A stretch of DNA of 64,000 bases, taken from NCBI GenBank assembly GCA_951406725.2, contig OX597815.1, positions 39,742,001 through 39,806,000 of the forward strand, written 5' to 3'. The notes beneath the pieces are model-generated. The model was not told the origin of the DNA and ran no database searches. It worked only from the letters and a program-made list of their open reading frames with translations. Each line of letters starts with the position of its first letter. The stretch's first letter is position 1. A program made the position numbers and the translations under genes. Below, one piece after another: positions 53,201 through 64,000 of the stretch. The DNA is from Octopus vulgaris. Its lineage: Eukaryota.

Positions 53201-56200
53201 TGGATTTGGTAGATGGAAACTGAAAGAAAACCATTGTACATGCATATCTGTGTGTGTGTGTGAATACACATAAAATGGATTTCTTTCAATCATATGCATA
53301 GATTTCAATACATAAAGCTGTGTGTGGTAGTTCTTTGTGTCTCCTTGCCTTCATTGTGTAATACTTGTAAACTATATGTGTGTGTGTGCATGTATTTGTA
53401 TTTACTTTATATCTCATTTGCTATATTCACATATGCATTCACAATTTCTTCTCTTTTAGCATTTTCCTGAGACAAGTGAAAGAGGGTATCAGGCTCTTTA
53501 TGCTGCAAATAATATGATTAACACTTGCCTAGAACATACACCTGAAGTGTATAACAGGTATATTATACAAAGCTTTGTTCTACTCTACACGCACCTTTTT
53601 ATTCCCATGTGGGGAAACCACTTGAACTAATTATTGTAATTAGATAACAAAATTACAACTCAGTATCTATTCAGGTTGATATCCTTCTAAGTAGTTTGTT
53701 TTTCTTTATTTGTATTATTTCTACTTTCTTTTGCAGATCCAATTGTTCATTCTCACCCTCTCCTCTGTACTGTAACTGGCCATATATCTCCTCTACAACA
53801 AGAACCTGTTCCCTTTGACTACTTCTTTCATGCCTTAGCTGCTCATCTCCTAGCACAAAGCTGAGCCCTACCCCATTAGGGCTTGTAATCTTGCAAGCTG
53901 TATCGCTAGAGCTGATGTCACAAATAAAGCAGCCAGCTTGTAGAAATCATGCCAAAGCAAACACTGGAGTATAATGCAATTCTTAGACCCATGGGATCCT
54001 GTCAACTGCCCAAGTCATATCAGTATGGAACATGACATTAAATAATGACAAGATATTATTTCTTATTTTCTCTCCTGTGAAAATAATTAATAATAATTCT
54101 AACTACAACATCCACTGGTACTTTTATAAATGTTAAATACAAATTTATTTTAATGCTAAACTTTCAATATCCATTATTTAACTCCAGTTTCATGACATTA
54201 AATGATCGTAATGAAGCAACATTTGTTAAGTTACTAGTTCTACTACAAGTATTAAATTAGATAATACAGTATTTATTGCCAATTGCTTGGTGAATTGAGC
54301 CATAGACTGCAGTATATTGCTCAGTAAAATGCCTGCTGTGAACATGAACTGAACACCTATGAACTGCTAAAATTATACCATATCTGCTTGACCATTTCAG
54401 TTGTTGGAAACCACTGATTTTATATTGATGTTGTGATGTTTCATATTTTTGTCTGATATTAATATTAGCATCTTACTCTTGATATCTATATAGCATCTTT
54501 TTTTTTTTCTGCATATCTTCAAGGGCAAATGCTAGGCTCATCTGCAAGGCTGGTTAACATTATTCAATGCACTGTAGATGGTCAAAATAGGTGCACTCAT
54601 CTCCATCTGACAATCTCTTTGAACAGACTCAGGTGATATTTTGGCAACTGTTTTCTACCACAGAGGTCAGGCACGGTCATTTTAAACAAGTAATTTTAAA
54701 TTGTTTGTATTCACATGCTAGATTTCACGCCCTTGAGCAGTGGTTCCCAAAGTGGGCAGAACCACCACCCTGGGGCTGGTGGAAAGATCAAGAGGGGGCA
54801 CTTGAAGAAAAGCGAGGTCGATAATGGGGTGGCCAAAAGAGGACGATGGATGTAAAAACAAAATAATGGGTTAATTAGGTTAAGTTTTAATTGTGAAATG
54901 CAGTTGTTTTGAATGTGCTGCAGAAAGTGCCTCTATGTTTGTGATGGTGAGTAGAGGGGGTGGGGTGGGGTGACGTGGGGAATGCAGTCCAAGTTCCAAG
55001 GGGATGGCAGCCCAAAAAGTTTGGGAACCACTGCCCTAGAGGGATACACTTCAAGCACAAATTTTTAACAGAGTACTTCTAAGCAGAACTGAACTTTCAC
55101 TGATCAGAAACAGTGGGTATGACAGTCATGGCAGGATGCCCTGTGGTATCTGTTCCAGTTGTTTGTGTTCTGATAACAACACCTGAAATAACATTTGTGC
55201 CCAAGCTATATCAACCTGTCTTTCCCTTAGATATCATTGGTGCTGAGGACAGGAGAGACTTACAGGCAACTGTTAATGTTTCATAAAAACATTGTTGACA
55301 TGCACTTTGAATGGTAGCTCTCCAGGTTATGACTGAAGGGAACCCTGAAATTAAAAGAAAGGTATTTCACAAGATATAAAATATCAGAGTTTAATTAGAG
55401 GAAATTGAGGCATTTGGGTATTTGGGTTATCTATGGCTTGTATATTTTTAAAATGTTTATATTTTTATAGTGCCATAAAGATATCAGAGAAGTTCTTTAG
55501 TGAAAGAAATGGTGACGCCTGCCATATGATACATGCTATTGGACACTGTCACATTGATACAGGTAATGATTAGTTACTCATCCTCTTCATCATCATCCCT
55601 TCCATCATCATCATTATCATTATCAACATTATCATCTTTGTTCTTTTCTTTATCACTAATTATCATCAGTATCCTGTCTGCATTGTGTTGTTCATCTGCT
55701 TTGCTTTTAAATCTCCAGTTGTTACACAGTGTCTAACTTCTTTGTAGCTGCTGACAGCACTCTGGCACAAATCAGGCAGTCTAGGTGATCAGAAGTTGGC
55801 AGAACTAATTTGATTGCAGATAAGAGAAAATCCAGCTGCCTTATTGCTATGTTGATAAAATGAAACAATTCCCCATACAATTCTTTATTTCTAGCAAATA
55901 TTTAAACCCCAGGTTAACCAAAGCCTTGTGAGTAGATTTGTTGATTGAAGGAATGGATAGTGCTCATAATCTTTGCTCATGGAAGATATTTGAATAATAA
56001 TATAAAAGAAATTCATTTTGGTTTTATTTTCATTGTACACTGAATATATTGAATATCAATAGTTGCAGGCTATATAAAGACATCCTGTCTATATATAGCC
56101 TGTGTACATTATAATAATGTTATCAAAAAACATCCACTAGTGGTTATTATGATATTTTGTTATTTAATGATATAAACAAAACTGTTTCATTTCTCCTGAC

Positions 56201-59200
56201 AGCATGGCTTTGGCCCTATGCTGAAACCATTCGGAAGTGTGCTCGCAGTTGGTCAAGCACATTAAGCCTCATGGAAAAATTCCCCAATTTCAAATTTGCT
56301 TGTTCTCAGGTGAGTCATCGATGTTTTTATTGATTTCAGCTTCACTTAAATAGATTTTCCCCTTTATTTTAAACATTTTCCATATCAATTTTTGTATTTT
56401 CATGTATTAGTTTTTTTTTTTTTTTTTAGTTTTACTTTTAGCTGAATATTAAAAACACACAAAAACATTTATTGAGGAATCAAAATTTTCAATGCACAAT
56501 CACAACCCAATCATTAACTGCATTGCAGTGGAATAGTGTCAGTTATTAGATTGTAGATATGCAACAACATTTTTGACACTCTAAATAAATAAAATGTTAA
56601 TTTAATAGTTTGTGTTTTCTAAATTGCTCTTCCATGATGTAATGGCTACAGTCTCTTTGTTTCAAAGAAAAGGCATTTTGAGTTTTATTCTATCATTTTT
56701 ATATAATGCTGTTTGATTGACATTATATCTTACAAAATTTTCTTATTTCTTTTCCTCTCTGTTAGGCTCAGCAGTTTGAATGGGTAAAACAACATTATCC
56801 TTCCCTCTATACAAAAATTAAAGCTGCTGTGAAAAGTGGACGTTTTATTCCTGTTGGTGGTACATGGGTAGAAATGGTAAAGCTAATTTTGAATTTATTG
56901 ACAGATTTCAGAAAGTACTTAATTAATTGTTAAGTATTTTATATAAATGGGATGTGACATTATAAGCATAAATTTAAAGCAAAAAATGAAAAGGCTCACT
57001 GATGTCAGTGAGTTTGTTGTTCATTTTCTGTCCTAGATTGTGTCTTTAATTTTTTTTATTAATAGCATTTTTTAGTGACTAAGCACAAAACCTCAAACAT
57101 TTCGGTCTGAGTAATTAAATGTTGTGACATCTAATAGCATTAGTTATGCACCAATAGTAAAATGGGTGCAACTGAGAATCTTTATTAGGTTACAGACTTA
57201 TTTTGCTGTTAGTAGAAGGTAAGCATGTTGCTATAAGTTTGCTATGCCTGAACTGTTTGTGGTTTGTTTTTTGAAAACGGAAGATTTTCTTGGTTACCAT
57301 TGAATTTAATTTGTTCAACAGATATCAGTTCTCTTTACATTAAATGATATAATCTGTAACTGCAATATTCATTAATATCTTCATATATTTTTGTTGTAGG
57401 ATTGCAACATCCCTAGTGGTGAGTCCCTCATTAGACAATTCCTATATGGACAGCTGTTTTTCAAAAGTGAATTTGATTTGTTTTGTTCTGAAGTAAGAAT
57501 ATTTTTGATCTTATTTATTATGCTATTGCCTTCTTTTTTCTTTTTTTCTTTTGTAGGACAATCAACTGATTGGCATTAAGTTACTCACAAACTTGCTCCA
57601 GCCTCTAGCCTATAGGCATGCTGTCTACTCTCTACCTTTTATTCCATTACCAAAAATAGCTTCTTCCCCTCAGAGCTGGCTACTCTTATGCCACTTCCTC
57701 TAAAGTACCTCTGACTCATTCATCTTTCCTATATCGTCAATCAGGTTATGCCTAACCTTCAAATTATCCCAGATTGTTGTGTTTCAGAGCTATGAAATGT
57801 TCATCATCATCATCGTTTAATGTCCGTTTTCCATGCTAGCATGGGTTGGACGGTTCAACTGGGGTCTGGGAAGCCAGAAGGCTGCGCCAGGCCCAGTCTG
57901 ATCTGGCAATGTTTCTACAGCTGGATGCCCTTCCTAACGCCAACCACTCTGTGAGTGTAGTGGGTGCTTTTTACGTGCCACCTGCAAAGGTGCCAGACAA
58001 GGCTGGCAAACGGCCACGATTGGATGGTGCTTTTTACTTGCCACTGGCACGGAGGCCAGTCGGGGCAGTGCTGGCAAAGGTCACATTCGGATGGTTCTCT
58101 TACGTGCCACCGGCACTGGTATCACAGCTACAATTTCCATTGATGTTGATCGATTTCGATTTTGATTAGCCCGTTAAATTCTTTGAAACAATCCACATGC
58201 ATTTCAGTCCAAAGGTTGTGGCCATATTGGAGCACCACCTGTGTATTCACTTTTTCCAAAGCCATTCTTATGTGGTTGGCTTTTGGTGAAGAAGGGAGCT
58301 TGACATTGCTGCTGTTTCTTGCTAGAAAAATATGTCTGTAAATGACAGTTTTCTCATTCAGTAGGCCTCTCATCTGGGATACCACATGCTGTGATACCAT
58401 CTCCAGTGGCAACTTTGTGTTGTCAGTTACTAACCCTGGCTCCACCACTTGTCAGGCTGAGAAAAACAAAATGTCATGGTATCAGTCACTCTCCAACAGG
58501 TTTAAGATCAGGCTGTGGCAGTTGAGACTTCCGGTGTTCTTGGCTCCCATACCATATCCCTGCTTACTGCTACCATGGTGGAGATTGCCATCCACAAGTA
58601 TGGGCCCCATGAGTCAGAGTGGCTGTTACAGTGCTTCTCCCTCGCTGATGCCATGAGAAATGTTTCTATATTGTGAGAGGCAAGATTCTACATAAAATTT
58701 CTACATCAAATAAAGTTCTTAAAGTTATTTGATTACGCAAATAACATTGTGAAAAAAAAAACAAAAAACAAAATCCTATTATGACTACATTCTGTTCCTT
58801 AACAAAAGATACTGCTTACTTTACAGTTATGGATACCTGACACATTTGGGTATTCTGTGCAGCTTCCTCAAATAATGAAGCATTGTGGTATAAACAAGTT
58901 TGTTACCCAAAAGATCAGTTGGAATCTTGTAAATAAATTTCCTGTAAGTACATTTATACATTTATTTATTTCCATTCCTAAGCTTATCTTGTATTCTAAC
59001 AAAGACCTGATTTTTCAAGCATGACACCTCTCTTTTAGCACATGCTTGAAATCAGACTGAAACGTGTCTAGATTTGTCACCTGTATTTGCTAAAATAATT
59101 AAAGTTACACTAGTTACTGAACAAATAGTGACTTTTCCTCGTGACATAATTGCAACTGCCCCATGACCAACCGCTTTCCCTTTCCCCTTGCCTACAAGTT

Positions 59201-62081
59201 TTTCCATTTTATTCCTCCAGTCCATCATCCTATGAAACTTCTGACATCTCCAATCTGACCCTACCACTTCCCACTTCTTCCCAATTTACTTGTCCCTTTT
59301 TTAATTATGTTCACAATTTACATAGCTTACTGAGTCTACACACCCACCTTGAATCTCTTTGTTTTTTCCCCTATGACACATTTACCTGTTCTATACCCAT
59401 ACTACTATCCTCTCCAGACGTAACAACCACTCCTTCCACATCACTGTTCTTTCAACTTTATCCTATAGAAAAGTGAAAAATATGCAGTATTTTATACTTG
59501 ACCTATTTCAAACCAGCATCATAAGATGGCTTACATGTTATATCGTTCATAAAAAGAATGATCATTTTATAAAAATTTAACTTATATTCTTCTTACTTTT
59601 TAGCACCATACCTTCTGGTGGGAAGGTCTAGATGGCACCACTGTACTAACTCACTTCCCTCCTGGAGATTCATATGAAATGACTGGAACGGTTGAGGAGG
59701 TGTGTAAATATGTTCATATTTGTTGTTGGTTTTTCAGATCACTCACAATCTCCTTCTAATAGTAATAAAAGAGCAAATGAAATCTCTAGTTGAGATTTCG
59801 AACTGAAAATTAAACAATTAAAATTTTGTACTAGTAAGATTGGAAATTTAGAAACAAGAGAATGTTTTTAAGCAAAGTGAAGCAGCAAAAAATATCCTTA
59901 ACCGTTTTGATACAAATCCACCTGGAACTGCCCTTGTTTTATTATACAAATTCCATGTTTTAAAATGATCTAAATTAAAACTTTTCATCAGAATTTCGTG
60001 TTAATTTATATTCCAAACCCCAGCTTAACAGTTACAAAGTTATTTATTTATCTTTATTATTTTCAGAATTAAGTGAAACAAAGACTGTATTTCATTAAAA
60101 ATATGATAACAAAAGGGTTTTAAAATGCAGTTTTAACTAAGTTAAAAAAGCATACCTAAAAATGGGTGTGTGCATGCTTTAATTTTAAAAGTAATTATCT
60201 TTCCAGCAAATGTACCTAACTTTGATTCTAATTTACAGGTGATGAAAACAGTGGAGAATTATCAAGATAAAGGTCGAATGTCTCACACCATGTATCTGTT
60301 TGGTCATGGAGATGGAGGAAATGGACCAGAGTAAGTAACAAGGAATATTTTTTTATAATTGTTTACATAGTATCTGCAGTTCCATCTTCTGTTGTCAATA
60401 CTGCACATTATCAATATTACTATCTCACCCATGACATTACATTTAATACAAAAGGTTCTCATGGGAAATGTATGGCTAGATACCCTTACAAAGACAAGAT
60501 ATCTAGATTTGAAGTACCTCTTTGCATAGGTTAGCTCAGGATTGATTTAATGCAAAGCAACATCTTTTCAATAACACACACACACATTCACCTATATACA
60601 TACATTTAGATGTAAATACTTCTGTGTGAAGATAGAGAAAATGGAATAACCAATACTAAAAGCTGAATCTTCACAAATCATTATTCCAAGTTTCTTGTTT
60701 CTGATCTTCAGGAAAATTAGGTATGGTAGACATAAAGTGAAAACCTTTGAATATTATAACAAACACTGAGTGGATAAAATGAAATTTGGGAAATTCCAGT
60801 AACAAAATAACCTTTATTTGAAAATAGGGAAATGATGGGAAAGATTAGGTTATGCCAAATGATATAAATGTATATGTAGAAATGAAGGCGGCGAGCTGGC
60901 AGAAGCATTAGCACGCCAGGCGAAATGCGTAGCCGTATTTTGTCTGCCGTAACATTCTGAGTTCAAATTCCGCAGAGGTCGACTTTGCTTTTCATCCTTT
61001 CGGGGTCAATTAATTAAGTACCAGTTATGCACTGGGGTCGATATAATCGACTTAATCCGTTTGTCTGTCCTTGTTTGTCCTCTCTGTGTTTAGCCCCTTG
61101 TGGGTAGTAAAGAAATAGATATAAATGTATATGTAGAAAAGCATTAAAAAAATGTGAAGAAATGTATGTGCAAGAAGTTTTCTACCATCAGGGAAATGGT
61201 CTTGCATAGTATGCAGAAAAAGAGTAAGTAGAAGTTCCATATGTTATGTTTAGTATAAACAATTGGCATAAAAAAGGTATAGAAGAATCACAGACAGGCT
61301 AATTGAGAAGGTAGACTTCATATGCATTAGGTACACTTGGATATCTGAGCTAAGATCAACCAGAAAATAGTTTCTCTCAAATACTTGAGTGGCTCCTTAT
61401 ACTTAGTTTATAGCTTTTGTTACTTAGGTGACCTAATTTGTAGTGGGTGTTCTGGAAGTGAAAATGGATTACAGTGAAAATGGATTGGAAAAAGTTCAAA
61501 GAGTTGTTACTCCTTCTAAGAACAAAAGGCTTCTCATTCAGACTGTAGGATAGATTATATGATTTTTGTGAATAAAGTGTAATGTTGCATGGTATCAAGA
61601 CATAAGCATTAAATATGTATACATATTGTTATTTAACATCCAGCTTTTATGCTGCCATCAGCATTTATAATAGTGAATGTAAGTGGAGTTTGTGAGAGGG
61701 AAGGAGACAGAGGGAGTATTAGACTAGATTGGAGAGGAATCCTGAAAGAGTCATTGTTGGAAAGAGTATTGTAGGTGTCATGGAGCAAAGTCAGAGGGAA
61801 AAAGAGAAAGATGAGAAGCAGTGTTGGGAAAGTGAAGAAGCTACAAGGAAAGAGAAGCCTAAGAAAAAGAAGCAGAGAGTGAGGATGCAGTGGGTGAGAG
61901 CTGTGAGAGGAAAATTGACAAAACAGGTACTGTAGAGGTAGCGGGAAGAGAAAGAGAATACAAACATATCCTTCAGAATGTATTTGTTATAATGCATTAA
62001 TTTTATTATTTCTTATTATTTTAACAGTGAGAATATGCTGGAGAGACTGAATCGATTAGAAGACATTAGTGGACTGCCAAA
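44119..62081 (+). CDS. MAN2C1: Cytosolic alpha-mannosidase 2C1 (GH38), 5' part: 14 coding exons, about 484 aa; gene continues past the window end
   Basis: The spliced translation is colinear with the human MAN2C1 N-terminal half as I recall it ([72 protein letters not shown]). All 13 introns are GT-AG with matching phases. Confidence 0.97.
45369..45494 (+). CDS. MAN2C1: MAN2C1 coding exon 2 ([14 protein letters not shown]...KVGQSFGP)
   Basis: ttttgtag| acceptor, |gtgagt donor, phase 2-2. Confidence 0.93.
46811..47075 (-). mobile_element. RTE 3' end in a MAN2C1 intron
   Basis: (CAT)n tail and UTR motif. Confidence 0.8.
47797..47920 (+). CDS. MAN2C1: MAN2C1 coding exon 3 ([13 protein letters not shown]...HNGQPIQ)
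   Basis: cttttcag| acceptor, CAG|gtaatt donor. Confidence 0.95.
48713..48780 (+). CDS. MAN2C1: MAN2C1 coding exon 4 ([22 protein letters not shown])
   Basis: tttggtag| acceptor, |gtaaga donor; phase 0-2 fits both neighbours. Confidence 0.88.
48980..49620 (-). mobile_element. Cluster of decayed Meta-type SINE copies
   Basis: Repeated GGAATTTGAACTCAGAATGTA and AAAGTTGACTTTGG; reverse of 60886-61118. Confidence 0.7.
50493..50667 (+). CDS. MAN2C1: MAN2C1 coding exon 5 ([16 protein letters not shown]...LYGMAK)
   Basis: atcctcag| acceptor, AAG|gtaagt donor. Confidence 0.95.
51095..53060. repeat. Degenerate ~10-bp-period minisatellite (TGATCCAGTT/GAACTGGTTT) with recurring CAAAATGTTTGATGAAGATG
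   Basis: Read directly; fills most of the intron between coding exons 5 and 6. Confidence 0.9.
53074..53255 (+). mobile_element. SINE family B
   Basis: Matches the 17521 copy. Confidence 0.8.
53460..53557 (+). CDS. MAN2C1: MAN2C1 coding exon 6 ([23 protein letters not shown]...)
   Basis: ctcttttag| acceptor, AG|gtatat donor. Confidence 0.93.
54738..55033. mobile_element. hAT-type MITE
   Basis: TIR CAGTGGTTCCCAAA / TTTGGGAACCACTG; 8-bp TSD CCCTTGAG / CCCTAGAG. Confidence 0.88.
55471..55562 (+). CDS. MAN2C1: MAN2C1 coding exon 7 (AIKISEKFF...[10 protein letters not shown]; metal-binding HxD)
   Basis: tttttatag| acceptor, G|gtaatg donor; GH38 HCHID motif. Confidence 0.96.
56203..56309 (+). 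CDS. MAN2C1: MAN2C1 coding exon 8 ([17 protein letters not shown]...FACSQ)
   Basis: ctcctgacag| acceptor, CAG|gtgagt donor. Confidence 0.97.
56766..56876 (+). CDS. MAN2C1: MAN2C1 coding exon 9 (AQQFEWVK...[11 protein letters not shown])
   Basis: ctctgttag| acceptor, ATG|gtaaag donor. Confidence 0.97.
57400..57492 (+). CDS. MAN2C1: MAN2C1 coding exon 10 ([18 protein letters not shown]...CSE)
   Basis: ttgttgtag| acceptor, GAA|gtaaga donor. Confidence 0.97.
57802..58165 (-). mobile_element. RTE 3' end in a MAN2C1 intron
   Basis: (CAT)n tail and UTR motif. Confidence 0.82.
58827..58943 (+). CDS. MAN2C1: MAN2C1 coding exon 11 ([17 protein letters not shown]...NKFP; catalytic nucleophile Asp motif)
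   Basis: ctttacag| acceptor, CCT|gtaagt donor; GH38 WxPDTFG motif. Confidence 0.97.
59604..59699 (+). CDS. MAN2C1: MAN2C1 coding exon 12 ([24 protein letters not shown]...EE)
   Basis: ctttttag| acceptor, GAG|gtgtgt donor. Confidence 0.97.
59902..60117. mobile_element. Decayed TTAA-type MITE
   Basis: TTAA|CCGTTTTGATAC ... ATAACAAAAGGG|TTTT. Confidence 0.5.
60239..60330 (+). CDS. MAN2C1: MAN2C1 coding exon 13 ([13 protein letters not shown]...[10 protein letters not shown])
   Basis: atttacag| acceptor, GA|gtaagt donor; GDGG acid/base motif. Confidence 0.96.
60886..61118 (+). mobile_element. tRNA-derived Meta-type SINE
   Basis: A-box TGGCAGAAG, B-box GAGTTCAAATTCC, Meta-like GTCGACTTTGC.TTTCATCCTTTCGGGGTC...AAGTACCAG. 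Confidence 0.8.
62028..62081 (+). CDS. MAN2C1: MAN2C1 coding exon 14 ([17 protein letters not shown])
   Basis: ttttaacag| acceptor, AA|gtatgt donor; resembles human TMLDRLKRLSNTDGLP. Confidence 0.94.
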
Positions 62082-62121
62082 GTATGTACAACACTTGTTT
62101 CACTTTTGACATTGTCATATA

Positions 62122-62920
62122 CAATAATAATAATAATAAAACATTGTGTACAGTGCTCAGGTGCACTACAACTCATCTAAAGTGTATGTATAATCAGGTG
62201 TAGTTTCGGCGGATTTCGGAAAGCATGAGAGTCTTAAAGGATGCAGTGTCATGGCAGTCAACAACTGACGCAGGCAGTTTGTTCCATGCTTCAGCAACTC
62301 TGAGCGTGAAAAAATGTTTCCGAAAGTCATGGGAGCTGTGTTGTTTTCTGACTTTGTAGGCATGTCCACGTGTGTTGGACACATGGAGATCAAAAAGGTG
62401 TTCAGTGTTGTTGGTGGTGAGGTGGTTGATAACTTTGTGGGTGTTTACCAAGTCCATCGCCAGACGCCGGAGCTTCAGTGAATCCATGCCCAGGAAAACA
62501 AAGTGCTCAGAGTATGGTAGGTGTCTGATGGAGGGTATGCGTTTGGTTGCATGTCTCTGAACAGATTCCAGGAGGTCAATGTTCTGAGCAAGATAGGGGT
62601 TCCAAACTGATGATGCGAATTCCAAGTGTAGTCGTACCATAGCTGTATACAGCTTTAAATAGATGGCTGGAGAGCGGCTAACAAAAGTCTTGCTGAGTGA
62701 TGCCAAGACACCCTCGGCCTTCTTGACAATTTTAGAGATATGCTTTGTCCAACGCAAATCACTGCTGACAGTGATGCCTAGGTCACGCTCGCAAGAGGAT
62801 TTCTTGATATCAGTGTTGTGGAGGGAGTATGTGGACGCAGGGTTTTTTCTCCCAAAATGCATGGTGGTACACTTGTCCACAGCCAGTTTCAGTTGCCAGT
62901 CTGTGATCCATTGCTGCAAT
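62122..62920 (-). mobile_element. CR1-clade LINE 3' end (241-aa open segment) with a (TTA)n tail
   Basis: WQLKLAVDKC..MHFG, ERDLGI, VRLHLEFASSVWNPY, TRGH, FFTLRVAEAWNKLP. Confidence 0.92.
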
Positions 62921-63812
62921 ACTTTTATATCTATTCAGAATTTTTATAATGTCAGTCAGATGGGGAGAATATAACTCTGTTTTGCAGTGAGATTGACGGG
63001 TTGATGTTCATTTTGAATATTTGTAAGTAAATGTTTGAGTATCTTTCTTTCAAACACATATCCCCAACATAGCCCAATTTATATCATCAAAAACAGATTT
63101 CTTTTTCAGAGCATTAAAAACTGACCTTCCTTTTCAGCCCCAAATACAACTATTAACTCTCAACAGCCCTCCAAAGCTCAGGTGAGACTCACAAAGAATG
63201 CTGAGATAGTGCTGCTACTAGATATACACACATGTCTCAGACTCTATCTAGAGAAAGGTCAGTTGACTGATTAGCATAAAATCACTCAGCAACATATCCC
63301 AATCTCTTGCTCACAGGTGTGCTGTCTGTCTTTTCTACCACTATTACCATGGCCTCCACACATTTTTCCATGTAATATTATTTCTCTTGCTCACATTTTT
63401 CATGGAAAAATGTGAGCAATAGCATAGCCTGGAAAAGAATGTTTTTGTCAATTTGAATAATTAGCTTACGAAAGTAGGTATTGGTAAATATATATATATA
63501 TATATTTGTATGTATATGCAGTTGAAACAGTTGTTTGATTTTTAAGGTGTGATATAAAATAAATATATGATTTTCTTCATACATATTATTGGTTGTTGTT
63601 AAATACTCTGAATTTCTTCAAATTCTGCAAAAGGATTGTTGGATTTACCTATCATACATGAGGATTTACCTAGTATTTGTATTCTGCATACATTTACTGG
63701 TATCTACTTGTTGGAAATTTAACCTTATTCCTTTATACAGAATGCTTACTTGATATCTGCCAGGATTTTTTAATCCCATTTTTTAATCCCCATCTCTCTC
63801 TCTCTACACACA

Positions 63813-63858
<46 letters not shown>

Positions 63859-63952
63859 GGAAAGTTTACGAAAATAAACAAAAGACGAAGGCAGGTGGAG
63901 TACAAACAAACAAATGTATTAGTATAGCGCTCAGGAATAGAAATAGAAAAAG

Positions 63953-64000
<48 letters not shown>

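Noticed and set aside
53558-55470. Apparent frame mismatch across this MAN2C1 intron
   Set aside because: On re-reading, AG|T GCC ATA AAG is in frame; there is no anomaly

Overview
AT-rich, (TA)n-saturated animal genomic DNA. The repeat families (tRNA/CORE- and Meta-type SINEs, RTE LINEs with (TGA)n tails, TTAA MITEs) suggest an Octopus genome, which is my inference from family resemblance. Bases 1-40.5 kb contain only decayed transposons: RTE, CR1/Jockey-type, CRE-type and Penelope retroelements, Helitrons, Tc1, Merlin and MITEs. I could not support a host gene there. From about 40.7 kb to the end lies the 5' half of the cytosolic alpha-mannosidase gene MAN2C1 (GH38) on the + strand: 14 GT-AG coding exons between 44119 and 62081, phase-consistent, 1451 nt or about 484 codons, continuing beyond the window. 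Items most worth follow-up: (1) six or seven minimal hammerhead-ribozyme-like motifs in Penelope remnants, several with a compensatory U3-A8 core; (2) a 2-kb composite Helitron present twice in opposite orientation with head-to-head 5' ends; (3) several locally templated inverted or direct duplications beside (TA)n tracts; (4) a 2-kb self-complementary, roughly 10-bp-periodic array in a MAN2C1 intron; (5) a possible uORF overlapping the MAN2C1 start. All calls were made by eye, with no searches or folding computations.
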